DNA of 61,854 nt, the filler included. It is 9 parts of 9 records of this genome, joined end to end, with 100 filler letters (N's around TTAATTAATTAA, not from the genome) between each part and the next. Parts side by side here need not be neighbours in the genome. Positions count along the whole stretch, not along the records: positions 1 to 9,669 come from SRR31156797_88731; 8 more parts are not named here. One strand, written 5' to 3'. A model generated the notes under the pieces. It ran no database searches and was not told where the DNA came from. It saw only the letters and a program-made list of their open reading frames with translations. The translations under genes were made by a program, and so were the position numbers. How positions within the stretch are numbered: the stretch's first letter is position 1; each line of letters opens with the position of its first letter. Below are positions 1 to 9,769 of the stretch, piece after piece.

Positions 1-175
1 GTGTAACCAGCTTATCCCGGGCGGATTTATTTTCATGGGCCATTCCGAGCTCCTTGACTGCAACACCCTGCCGCTTATCTCATTGGCCCCGGCGGTTTAT
101 CAAAAGGTTCTTTCATGAAAAAAAGAGATACGGGGTTTTCTGCATGCTTTTTAAACAGACAACGATGGGGGTATT

Positions 176-2104
176 ATGAAAGAGAAAATACACCTGCTCC
201 TGGATATGATTAAAAAGGGGATCGCATCTCCCGAAAAACAGATAACACGCCTTGGCGCTCAATTGTCCGGTCTTTCCCGATCCATCGAATCTCTCATGTC
301 GGACGTGGAACCGGATTTTTTAAAAATAGGGGAAAAACTCCAGAGCATATATGCCGAAACCGAAGAACTCTCCCATATGGTCATGGAGGCCGTCGAGTCC
401 GTTGACAACCGGACGGGGGAGATGCCCCTTGCAAATGTGGGGGAATTTGCCCGGGAATCCGTGGAAAAGCTTAAATCTTTTCAGAGGGAGATCTCAGAAA
501 ACCTGGAAAACCTCTATGCCGGCAACAGCCACCTGGAAAAACTCTCCGGACTGTGTACGCAAACCGATAAAATCCCCTTTCTCCTCAATGTTATCGCTTT
601 GAATATCGCCATTGAAAGTAACCGTTCCAAAAAATCAGCTGAAATGTTTGCCGCTTTTGTTGAGGAAGTAAAACAACTTTCCAGCCAGATGGGCGCCATA
701 TCACAAGCCCTGTATGACGACACGGAATCAACCCGTGTGCAGCAGATCAAATCCCAGGAAAAATTGTCCAATCACCTGAATCATCTTTCAACCCTCTCCG
801 CATCCGCCGAAAAAATTGTAGATGGGGCAACGTCCGAAATCAGCCAGCTCATGGCCACCTCTCTTTCCTCACTCAAGAACGCGGGTGAATGTTCCGGCGA
901 TATCGCAAATCAGGTCAGCCGGATTGTCATGGCAATTCAATTTCACGATATTGTCAGGCAGCAGATCGAGCATGTGGTCATGGCATTGAAGGATGCGGAA
1001 AAATTATGCGTCCCGCCCCCCCGGGACAGGGGAAGCAAAGGTTCCCCGACCGATGGCGTCAGCCAGGCCTATCCCATTGTCAGGCTCCAAAATGCACAGA
1101 TCAAAAAGGCTGTTTCGGAAATAGATGAGGCATACCGTAACATTCTGACCGCCTTTGAGGCAATCGAGTACAAAGAATCGGAACTGGTTCAATGCATGGA
1201 GAGATCCATTATTCGTATCGCAGATGAGAATAAGGCGAAAAGCCCGTTTTCAGTGATAACCGCCAGCCTGGAAAACCTGAACGATCTCATGTCCCAGGCA
1301 AATGACCTGAACCGTCAGATTGAAAACGCTTTTTCAGAAGCCTCGGAATCAACCGAGCAATTATCAAACCACATCGAAGATGTTCAAAAACTGAGCCTGG
1401 ACCTCCATAGAAAAGCCCTGAATGCCATCATCAAGTCCGCCCATCTCGGGGAGATGGGCCGCACCCTTGAAGTCTTTGCCAAAGAGGTCGCACGCACATC
1501 CGACTCTACCAACCATTTTACGGAAGGGGTGACGGAAATTATTTCAAAAATCAAGAACTTAAGGGGCGGAGTGGGAAACGGGCCGTCCCATATGCAGGAA
1601 CAGGCTCCCCAGGCGGAGCCCCCCCCGGAATTAACTCTTGATGAAAGTAAACGGGCCATTTCCAACGCGTATCATATGTTTCTGGAAAACTCGTCAACGA
1701 CTTCAAAGTTGTCACAAAAACTGGAGGCAGCCATTGCCGATGTAAAATCAGACCTCTCTTTCATGCCGGATTTTTCAGCCCGGATGACCCTGTTGCTGAA
1801 CCGGTCGGAGGCGTTGCTTGAACAGCTCAGCCCCTGGAAGGGAGAAGATCATGAGAAAACAGCAACCGGTGTGATCGAGGCATCCCAACGCTACACAATG
1901 GCAAGCGAAAGATCGGTCCATGCCAGCCTGATTGACGCGTCTTCCGCCGGGGAATCGCCAAAGATCGCCCCGGAAGATCCAGCCATGGACACGGATTCAA
2001 ACATCGAGCTGTTTGAGGATGAAGAAATTCCTGCTGAAGAGCCCGTAAACCCTGAAGACAAAGAGGCAAGCAGTGAGTTCGATGATAATATTGAACTCTT
2101 TTAA
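176..2104 (+). CDS. Soluble methyl-accepting chemotaxis-like protein with two signalling-like coiled-coil regions
   Basis: 642 aa with no TM segment; MCP-like motifs LNVIALNIAIESNR and ALNAIIKSAHLGEMGRTLEVFAKEV; QFHDIVRQQIEHV motif; acidic tail ending NIELF. Confidence 0.75.
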   Translation: MKEKIHLLLDMIKKGIASPEKQITRLGAQLSGLSRSIESLMSDVEPDFLKIGEKLQSIYAETEELSHMVMEAVESVDNRTGEMPLANVGEFARESVEKLKSFQREISENLENLYAGNSHLEKLSGLCTQTDKIPFLLNVIALNIAIESNRSKKSAEMFAAFVEEVKQLSSQMGAISQALYDDTESTRVQQIKSQEKLSNHLNHLSTLSASAEKIVDGATSEISQLMATSLSSLKNAGECSGDIANQVSRIVMAIQFHDIVRQQIEHVVMALKDAEKLCVPPPRDRGSKGSPTDGVSQAYPIVRLQNAQIKKAVSEIDEAYRNILTAFEAIEYKESELVQCMERSIIRIADENKAKSPFSVITASLENLNDLMSQANDLNRQIENAFSEASESTEQLSNHIEDVQKLSLDLHRKALNAIIKSAHLGEMGRTLEVFAKEVARTSDSTNHFTEGVTEIISKIKNLRGGVGNGPSHMQEQAPQAEPPPELTLDESKRAISNAYHMFLENSSTTSKLSQKLEAAIADVKSDLSFMPDFSARMTLLLNRSEALLEQLSPWKGEDHEKTATGVIEASQRYTMASERSVHASLIDASSAGESPKIAPEDPAMDTDSNIELFEDEEIPAEEPVNPEDKEASSEFDDNIELF

Positions 2105-2346
2105 AGAAAGGTCCCGCCAATAAGACGCCTTATCACACCAAGGGTCTTTTCCTCCATTTTCAAACTGTTGCGCCTTTTTCATGCAGATTGTTCTCCGTTG
2201 AAAAACCTCTTTCAATTTTATAAAAGATACGGTATGTGAATGATGTAGCGATTCAAGAACGACTCATTCAGAAGATAAACAATAAAATGTTGGAAGCCGC
2301 TTCAGTAACAGAAGCGGGCTGTATGCTCTGGCTGTCGGATAATACA

Positions 2347-2420
2347 ATTTACACACTTGACTTAATTTGAACAGATGTATAAATTTGGTCATTCGTTTGA
2401 ATTAAGTTGACGGTGTAAAT
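2347..2420 (+). promoter_or_regulatory. Promoter/operator region of the TetR-RND operon
   Basis: TTGACT (2357-2362)-17 bp-TAAATT inside a long imperfect inverted repeat (ATTTACAC..ACTTAATT / AATTAAGT..GTGTAAAT). Confidence 0.55.
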
Positions 2421-2445
2421 CGTCTTTAATAATCAAGGAGATCAA

Positions 2446-3096
2446 ATGGCAAACTACTCCATAGGTCAGCAGACAAGGGATCTGCTGATCGAAGCTGCCG
2501 GAGAACTTGCAGCCAAGCATGGATTCTCGAATGTGTCCATACGCGCCATCGCAGAGCGTGCGGGCCAGAACATCGGCTGCATCCATTACCATTTCAAGTC
2601 CAAGGAAAAATTGTTTGAGGCCGTGATCCGGACCGCGACCCAGATGTATCGAACGGTTCCCTACTCAAAGACCCTTGCGCCCTTTGAGGAGCACCTGGAC
2701 CGGCCCGAGGTGCAGTCACGGGCCATTCGGGCCATTGTCAAAAGGGAGATCAACCTGACCTTTGACCCTGAAATGCCCTGGTGGCACAGCCGGGTGATCT
2801 ACCAGGTGCTCCATGCCAGGGACAGGCTCATGCAGCTGCTCTACGATGAGATCCTGGTTCCGAACATGGAATGCGTTAAACGGTTTTTCAAGCGGATCAA
2901 GCCGGAGCTCAATGATGATGAAGCATTCCTCCACACCATGCTCATCAAGTCTCCGGTCATTTCCCATGCCGAGAATGCCAAGAGTATTTTGGGCTTTCTC
3001 AAGAAAAAACAGTATGACCGGAAGTATCTAAAGCAGATGGAAGATCTGATCGTTCTCCAGACCCAGATGCTTTTGGGTCTGCCCACGGACAATTAA
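2446..3096 (+). CDS. TetR/AcrR family regulator (CerR/DUF1956-like C-terminus)
   Basis: HTH: LIEAAGELAAKHGFSNVSIRAIAERAGQNIGCIHYHFKSKEKLF; AAGGAG RBS. Confidence 0.9.
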   Translation: MANYSIGQQTRDLLIEAAGELAAKHGFSNVSIRAIAERAGQNIGCIHYHFKSKEKLFEAVIRTATQMYRTVPYSKTLAPFEEHLDRPEVQSRAIRAIVKREINLTFDPEMPWWHSRVIYQVLHARDRLMQLLYDEILVPNMECVKRFFKRIKPELNDDEAFLHTMLIKSPVISHAENAKSILGFLKKKQYDRKYLKQMEDLIVLQTQMLLGLPTDN

Positions 3097-3117
3097 CCAT
3101 TAACAAGGAATTTAGAA

Positions 3118-4260
3118 ATGAAAAACAGACGATTGATTGTGGTCGGCATGGTGGCTCTCATGGCATCGTGTTTGTTCGTTGCCCAACAGAGCCTGGCCCA
3201 GGCAGATGAGAACGGATCGGATCAGCCCCAATCTTCGGGTTCCCGTGGCGTGGTGCTGGAGCGGATCCACGGCATCAATTCCGCCATTGCCAAGAGTTAT
3301 CCCGGAACCGTCAAGGCTTCCAACACGGTAAAGCTTGCCTTCCGGGTGAGCGGCCCCCTGGTCCGGGTGAACATCAAGCCCGGCGATGCCGTGAAAAAAG
3401 GCCAGGTGCTCATGCAGATCGATACCCAGGATTACAAGGATAAGATCCAGGTGCTGGAGGCACAGATGGCGGGCTCCGTTTCCCAGTTGGAGACGGCAAA
3501 GCTTGATTTTGCCAGGGTGAAAAAACTCTTTTCCCAGAATGTGGTGCCCCAGGCCGATTACGACCATGCCATGAACGCGGTCAATACCCTCACCGCCTCG
3601 GTGGACGCCGTCAAGGCCCAGCTTCGAATCGCCCGGCACCAGCTTGGCTACACCTCCCTTCGGGCGCCCTATGACGGCATCATCACCCATCAGCTTATCG
3701 AAAACCACGAGATGGTCCAGGCCGGCAGGGTGGTGGTCGGGCTCCATGATATCTCCACCCTGGAGATCGAGATCAAAGTGCCTGAGAACGAAATCCTCAA
3801 CCACGGGCTCAAGAGTGGGGAAGCGGCCCTTGCCACCTTTCCTTCCCGGGCGGACCAGAAGTTCGATATTCAGCTCAAGGAGTGGAACACCGAGGCGGAC
3901 AGGATCACCCGCACCTATGCCATGGTTTTCACCATGCCGGCGCCCGGTGATTTCATGGTGCTGCCCGGCATGACCGCCGAGGTGGTCTGGTCAACCCCGG
4001 ACAAACAGCCAGAGATTATCACCATCCCGGCCAGGGCCCTTGTCACCGACAACAGCGGAGCGTCCGCGGTGTGGGTGTTTGACGAATCCTCCTCCACCGC
4101 CGTCAAGAAAAAGGTCGAGGTGGGCGGCCTGAACGGCTCTTCCCGCATTGTCGTCAAAAACGGGCTTTCCATTGGAGAGCGAATCGTTACCGAAGGTGTT
4201 GATTTTATCACCTCTACCATGAAGCTCAACGCCATTTCCATGAAAGGACGCGTTCAATGA
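3118..4260 (+). CDS. RND efflux periplasmic adaptor (MFP)
   Basis: Signal peptide, LAFRVSGPL..VKKGQVL lipoyl half-motif, LRAPYDGII, VLPGMTA; ATGA overlap with the next gene. Confidence 0.93.
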   Translation: MKNRRLIVVGMVALMASCLFVAQQSLAQADENGSDQPQSSGSRGVVLERIHGINSAIAKSYPGTVKASNTVKLAFRVSGPLVRVNIKPGDAVKKGQVLMQIDTQDYKDKIQVLEAQMAGSVSQLETAKLDFARVKKLFSQNVVPQADYDHAMNAVNTLTASVDAVKAQLRIARHQLGYTSLRAPYDGIITHQLIENHEMVQAGRVVVGLHDISTLEIEIKVPENEILNHGLKSGEAALATFPSRADQKFDIQLKEWNTEADRITRTYAMVFTMPAPGDFMVLPGMTAEVVWSTPDKQPEIITIPARALVTDNSGASAVWVFDESSSTAVKKKVEVGGLNGSSRIVVKNGLSIGERIVTEGVDFITSTMKLNAISMKGRVQ

Positions 4261-7200
4261 ATCCGGCTGAATTTGCCCTGAAAAACCGAACCTTTATGGT
4301 GGTGCTCACCATCCTGCTTTTGGGCGGCGGCATCCTCGCCTTTGAGAAACTCGGCCGGCTGGAGGATCCGACCTTTACCATCAAGACCGCCCTTGTGGTC
4401 ACCCAGTACCCCGGCGCCACCCCGCTGGAGGTGGAGGAGGAGGTCACCGATCTGGTGGAGGAGGCCATCAAGGCCATGGGCCAGGTCAAGGAGATCTATT
4501 CCACCTCCCAGGAGGGCCTCTCCCTCGTCTATGTGGACATGAAGGATGAGTTCCACAAGACCGAGCTGCCCCAGATCTGGGACGAACTCAGAAGAAAGGT
4601 CAATGACATCCAGAAGCGGCTGCCCCCGGGGGCCGGTCCCTCCATGGTCAACGACGATTTCGGTGATGTCTACGGCGTTTTTTTCGCCCTGACCGGGGAT
4701 AACTACACCCCGGCCCAGCTCAAGGACTACGCCGAATACCTGAAGAAAGAACTCCTGCTGTGCGATGAGGTCGCCAAGATCGATTTCTGGGGCATCCAGC
4801 AGGAGGTGATTTATATCGAGTTTGAACGGGCAAAGCTTGCGGGCCTTGGCATTCCGCCCCAGCTCATCTACCAGACCCTGAATCTCCAGAACGTTGTGGA
4901 GCCAAGCGGCCAGGTGGATGTGAACACCGAATACATGCGCATTTCTCCCACGGGTGAGTTCAAGAGCGAAACCATGATCGCGGATACCCTGATCGGCGGC
5001 GCACACGGCATGGTTCGCCTGGGGGATATCGCCACCATCCGCAGGGGGTATTACGAGCCTTCCAGAAATATCATGCGTTACAATGACAAGCCCTGCATCG
5101 GTATCGGCATCTCCACCGTGGACGGCGGCAACGTGATCACCATGGGGGATGCGGTCAAGAAGAAACTCCATGAGCTAGAGGGCCGGCAGCCGCCGGGCAT
5201 GGAGCTCAACACCATCTATTACCAGAGCCGGGTGGTGACCGAGTCGGTCAACGTCTTTCTCACCAACCTCGGGGAGGCCGTGGCCATTGTGGTGGTGCTC
5301 CTCATGCTCTTCATGGGATGGCAGAGCGGCATGCTCATCGGCATGATCCTGCTGCTGACCATCCTCGGTACCTTCATGGGCATGCTGCTCATGGACATCG
5401 ACCTTCAGAAAATTTCCCTTGGCGCGTTGATCCTGGCATTGGGCATGCTGGTTGACAACGCCATTGTCGTGGCCGACGGTATCCTTGTCCGGGTGGAGCG
5501 GGGCGAGGGCAGGGAAGAGGCCGCAAAAAAGGTGGTCCGGGAGAACCGGTGGCCCCTGCTGGGCGCCACCTTTGTGGCCATCCTGGCCTTTACCGCCATC
5601 GGGTATGCCCCCGGCAACGTGGGCGAGTTCTGCCGATCCCTTTTCCAGGTCATGGCCATCTCCCTGCTGCTCAGCTGGCTGTTTGCCGTGACCATCACCC
5701 CGCTCTTCTGTGTGTGGTTCCTGAAGGTTCCGGAAACAAAGGAGGGCGCGGACCCCTACGACAGGCCCATGTTCCGCGCCTACCGGCGCATGCTCCACCT
5801 GAGCCTCAGGGGGCGCTATATCACGGTGCTGGTCACCTTTGCGCTGCTGGCGGTTGCCATCCTCGGGTTCAAGTCCATTCCGTCCGCCTTTTTCCCGGGT
5901 TCCACCCAGCGCTACTTTTACGTGAACTACTGGAAACCCGAGGGCACCCATATCAAGCACACCGCCGACGACCTGGACCGCATCCAGGCGGACATCAGGA
6001 AGATGGAGGGGGTCACCAACATCACCACCTTTGTGGGGGAGGGGGCTTTACGGTTCCTGCTCACCTATGACTATCAGATCCCCAACACAAGCTACGGCCA
6101 GCTCCTGGTGGAGGTTGAGGATTATACCCAGGTGGACGGGCTTGTCAGTAAGGTCAACAATTATCTTGCGGCCAACTACCCTGATTCCGAACCCTATGCC
6201 CAGAAGATCATTTCCGGCCCGCCCATCACCTTCCTGGTGGAGGCGCGATTCCGGGGACCGGATATCGATGTGCTCCAGGATCTTGCGGCCCAGGCCAAGG
6301 CAATCATGCAGCAGACCCCCAACACCCGGGACGTCAGGACCGACTGGCGCCAGAAGATGCGGGTGATCCGGCCCCAGTTCTCAGAGACCCAGGCCCGCCA
6401 GGCCGGGGTAAGCCGGAGCGAGCTTGCCAAGGCGATCCGCTGGAATTTCAACGGCGTGATTGCAGGGCTCTACCGGGAGAGCGATGAAATGATCCCCATC
6501 ATCACCCGTCCGCCCAGGAACGAGCGGGATTCGGTGAACGACCTCAACAATGTCCAGGTTTACAGCGCCATGACCAACGCCTACATCCCCATCGGCCAGG
6601 TGGTGACCGAGGTGAAACCCGTGTGGGAGTGGCCCCTGATCAAGCGCCATGACCAGCAGCGGGCCGTCAAGGTCCAGTGCAACCCGGCCAAGGGCCTTGC
6701 CGCTCCCCTGCGCCTTGCCATGAAGGATAAAATCGAGGCATTGCCCCTTCCGTCCGGCTATACACTGGAGTGGGTGGGCGAGTTCGAGGCCTCGGCCGAT
6801 GCAAGGGGACCGTTGAAGAAAATCTTTCCCCTGTGCGCCCTTGGCATGTTCGTCATCGTGGTGGGGCTCTTCAACTCCATCCGCAGGCCCATGGTGATCT
6901 TCCTGACCGTGCCCCTCTCGGTCATGGGCATCGCGGCGGGACTGCTCTCCATGAATCTTGCCTTCGGCTTCATGTCCATCCTGGGATTCCTGGGGCTTTC
7001 CGGCATGCTGATCAAGAACGCCATCGTCCTGATCGAACAGGTGGAGATCCTCCTGCGGGAGGGATATCCGCCCTACAAGGCGGTCCTGGACAGCGCGGTC
7101 AGCCGTATGCGTCCGGTGGTCATGGCCTCGGGCACCACCATCCTCGGCATGCTTCCGTTGGTGTTTGATCCCATGTTCGCCACCATGGCCGTGACCATCA

Positions 7201-7298
7201 TGAGCGGTCTGTTTGTGGCGACCTTTTTGACCCTGATCATTGTTCCGGTACTCTACTGCCTGATGTACAGAATAAAATCCGACCACAACTACCTATGA
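4257..7298 (+). CDS. RND efflux permease (AcrB/AcrD/AcrF family)
   Basis: 1013 aa; GRLEDP, GMLVDNAIVV, GMLIKNAIVL and SRMRPV motifs. Confidence 0.95.
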   Translation: MNPAEFALKNRTFMVVLTILLLGGGILAFEKLGRLEDPTFTIKTALVVTQYPGATPLEVEEEVTDLVEEAIKAMGQVKEIYSTSQEGLSLVYVDMKDEFHKTELPQIWDELRRKVNDIQKRLPPGAGPSMVNDDFGDVYGVFFALTGDNYTPAQLKDYAEYLKKELLLCDEVAKIDFWGIQQEVIYIEFERAKLAGLGIPPQLIYQTLNLQNVVEPSGQVDVNTEYMRISPTGEFKSETMIADTLIGGAHGMVRLGDIATIRRGYYEPSRNIMRYNDKPCIGIGISTVDGGNVITMGDAVKKKLHELEGRQPPGMELNTIYYQSRVVTESVNVFLTNLGEAVAIVVVLLMLFMGWQSGMLIGMILLLTILGTFMGMLLMDIDLQKISLGALILALGMLVDNAIVVADGILVRVERGEGREEAAKKVVRENRWPLLGATFVAILAFTAIGYAPGNVGEFCRSLFQVMAISLLLSWLFAVTITPLFCVWFLKVPETKEGADPYDRPMFRAYRRMLHLSLRGRYITVLVTFALLAVAILGFKSIPSAFFPGSTQRYFYVNYWKPEGTHIKHTADDLDRIQADIRKMEGVTNITTFVGEGALRFLLTYDYQIPNTSYGQLLVEVEDYTQVDGLVSKVNNYLAANYPDSEPYAQKIISGPPITFLVEARFRGPDIDVLQDLAAQAKAIMQQTPNTRDVRTDWRQKMRVIRPQFSETQARQAGVSRSELAKAIRWNFNGVIAGLYRESDEMIPIITRPPRNERDSVNDLNNVQVYSAMTNAYIPIGQVVTEVKPVWEWPLIKRHDQQRAVKVQCNPAKGLAAPLRLAMKDKIEALPLPSGYTLEWVGEFEASADARGPLKKIFPLCALGMFVIVVGLFNSIRRPMVIFLTVPLSVMGIAAGLLSMNLAFGFMSILGFLGLSGMLIKNAIVLIEQVEILLREGYPPYKAVLDSAVSRMRPVVMASGTTILGMLPLVFDPMFATMAVTIMSGLFVATFLTLIIVPVLYCLMYRIKSDHNYL

Positions 7299-8671
7299 GG
7301 AATCCGATGATGAAACAGACCACACTTCTCCTTGTCCTCCTTCTCTGCTTCGCCTCCACGGGCGTTGCAGCACAAGGGCAAAAATCCGCCCTGGTGGTGC
7401 CCCAGGGAAGTTTGACCCTGGACGAGGCCTGGAAAACAGCCCTTGACAACTATCCGGGCATACAGGAGGCCAAACAGCGGATCGATGCCGCCAAGGCAGT
7501 GCTCAAGCAGGCCAAATCCGCATATCTTCCCACCGTTACGGCCCAGGGCGGTCTCAAGGCCAGGGATGTCACGGTCCAGCCGGACTGGAATCCCTATGAC
7601 CGGGTCGACGATTCCTTTAACGAGACGAGCGTGGGCATCCAGTTGACCTGGCTGCTCTTTGACGGGTTTTCAAGGGAGGCCAACACCCTTGCCGCCACCC
7701 ACGGCGTGGAACTGCGAAAAGAGCGCCTGGCCGATACCCGTCGCCTGCTCCTGAAGGCCGTTGCAACGGCTTACTACCAGGCCCAGCTGGCCGTCGAAGG
7801 CATGGTGGTGGCAAAGCAGAACCAGGAGTTCAACCAGATCCTGGAAAAGGATGCCCGGATCAAATGGCAGGTGGGTGCGGCCCCCGAGGCGGAAATGCTC
7901 AACTTCTCCGTAAAAGCCCTCCAGGCCGAGAGCGATTTCCAGGCGGCGGAGCGGGATTTCAAAATCGTGTGCGCGGCCCTGGCCCAGCTTATGGCCCTGC
8001 CCGAAGCAGAGCTGCCCGAAGACTTCTACCCGGTCCGGGTCACAAAGAGCGGGGAAGAGCCCCTTGAAACCTTTGAGAGCGACTATGAGTTCGCCCTGGC
8101 CCACCGTCCGGACCTCAAGGCCCTGGACGCGGGCCTGCTTGCCCAGGAGCAGCGCCTCAGGGCCGAGAAGGGAAATTACTCCCCGGACGTCGCCTTTATC
8201 ACCGGGGCCGGCTATCTCTTCCAGGACGGTATCACCGTCAAGGACCAGGAGGAGCACGAGACCTATGTGGGCGTTGTCGCCTCCTGGGACCTATATACCG
8301 GCGGCCGCAGAACGGGCAAGATCCGGGAAGTAAATGCGGAACTCCGGGCCCTGTCCAAACAGCGAGAGCAATTGCTGCTTGCCATGGGCTCCGCCATTCG
8401 CCAGAGCCGGGACCGGGCGGAAACCGCCTTTGAAACCTATGAACGCCAAAAGCGGACCCTGGAGCTGACCCAGCGGATCCGGGAGCATGTGGCAACCGCC
8501 TACCGGGAGGGCGCTCTGCCCCTGACCCGGCTCAACCAGGCCCAGACAGACCTTGTCCGGGCCTCCGGGGCCGTGGCCCTGACCTGGATCCAGTACCGGA
8601 TCGCCCTGGTCAACCTTGCGGCCGAGACCGGCCGGATCGATTTTCTGCCCGATTCCCCCCCAAGCAGCTAA
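7295..8671 (+). CDS. TolC family outer-membrane efflux protein
   Basis: Signal peptide, two OEP repeats (YLPTV..WLLFDG; YSPDV..WDLYTG), last gene of the MFP-RND operon. Confidence 0.9.
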   Translation: MRNPMMKQTTLLLVLLLCFASTGVAAQGQKSALVVPQGSLTLDEAWKTALDNYPGIQEAKQRIDAAKAVLKQAKSAYLPTVTAQGGLKARDVTVQPDWNPYDRVDDSFNETSVGIQLTWLLFDGFSREANTLAATHGVELRKERLADTRRLLLKAVATAYYQAQLAVEGMVVAKQNQEFNQILEKDARIKWQVGAAPEAEMLNFSVKALQAESDFQAAERDFKIVCAALAQLMALPEAELPEDFYPVRVTKSGEEPLETFESDYEFALAHRPDLKALDAGLLAQEQRLRAEKGNYSPDVAFITGAGYLFQDGITVKDQEEHETYVGVVASWDLYTGGRRTGKIREVNAELRALSKQREQLLLAMGSAIRQSRDRAETAFETYERQKRTLELTQRIREHVATAYREGALPLTRLNQAQTDLVRASGAVALTWIQYRIALVNLAAETGRIDFLPDSPPSS

Positions 8672-8688
8672 ACCAACTCTGTCCTCAA

Positions 8689-8712
8689 CGCCGGGAAGAC
8701 CCCTTCCCGGCG
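8689..8712 (+). terminator. Hairpin after tolC-like gene
   Basis: CGCCGGGAAG-ACCC-CTTCCCGGCG perfect 10-bp stem; no clear U-tract. Confidence 0.45.
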
Positions 8713-8805
8713 AAAATCCTACTTAACTGACTTTTAAAATTTTAATTCCCATCCCCATGCCCTCACACAGGAATATTCTTTGTGATTCCAAGTTTGATTA
8801 AAACA

Positions 8806-8821
8806 ATTAGGAATACCTAAT
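8806..8821. promoter_or_regulatory. Palindromic operator upstream of the TonB-dependent receptor
   Basis: ATTAGG-AATA-CCTAAT. Confidence 0.4.
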
Positions 8822-9001
8822 GTTGTTCAGTGTTGAAATAAAGTGCTTGCATAAAGTGACTACCTGGTATACACCTTCATGCTAACTGATTGGATTGTTG
8901 TTTGAAAGTTGTATCTGTTGTCGGGTTGCCTGTTGTGGAACTTGGTCGGGAGGCCGCGGCCGGATGCGTGACAAATCACGGGAGAATGAAAAGGAAGATT
9001 G

Positions 9002-9669
9002 ATGAAAAACAAGAGGACAGGATTTCAATTGATCAAACCGGTATGCTGGGCCCTTGTTATTGGGGCGGCACTGTGCGGGCCGGTCCAGGGCGAAATAAAG
9101 CAAAAGGTTGACGGGCAGGACCCGTTGCCGTCAGCTGCCCTTGAGGAGATTACCGTAACGGCGCAAAAACAGACGGAAAACGAAAAGGATGTCCCCATCA
9201 GCATGAAGGTGATCAATGGGCAGTCAATTGATGACATGCAGATTAAATCCGTCATGGATCTCGGCGCCCGGACCCCCAACCTCATGATGTTTGAAAACGG
9301 GGTGTCCGGAATGATTTCTCCTTCGTTTCGGGGCATCACATCGGACATCGAAGCCAGGGCGGTTCCCTCGGGAATGTACATAGACGGGGTGCCGGTGCTG
9401 GCCGGTATCGGATTTGACGAACCCCTGATGGATATTGAACGGGTGGAAGTGCTCCGGGGGCCCCAGGGGACTCTTTACGGTAAAAATACGGAAGCCGGGG
9501 TTATCAATGTCATCACCCGGCAGCCGGGAAATGAGGCACATATCAAGGGCGCGGTGGAATTTGGAGAGGACGACAAGCGGGAATACGCCATGACTGTCAA
9601 TGGGCCGATTGTCAAGGACCGCTTCTTTCTCGGCTTTTCCGGCCGCCACTATGAAAAAGACGGGTATGT
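9002..9669 (+). CDS. TonB-dependent receptor, N-terminal plug (truncated by contig end)
   Basis: LEEITVTAQK TonB-box region; DIERVEVLRGPQGTLYGKNTEAGVINVIT plug signature. Confidence 0.93.
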
Positions 9670-9769
9670 NNNNNNNNNNNNNNNNNNNNNNNNNNNNNNN
9701 NNNNNNNNNNNNNTTAATTAATTAANNNNNNNNNNNNNNNNNNNNNNNNNNNNNNNNNNNNNNNNNNNN
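9670..9769. other. Artificial contig linker
   Basis: N-run + TTAATTAATTAA (stops in all frames) + N-run, 100 bp. Confidence 0.98.

Noticed and set aside
3112-8495. Long antisense ORFs over the RND operon (e.g. 4254-5171, 5175-5960, 6381-7286)
   Set aside because: Shadow ORFs from GC-rich codon bias opposite clearly recognisable genes
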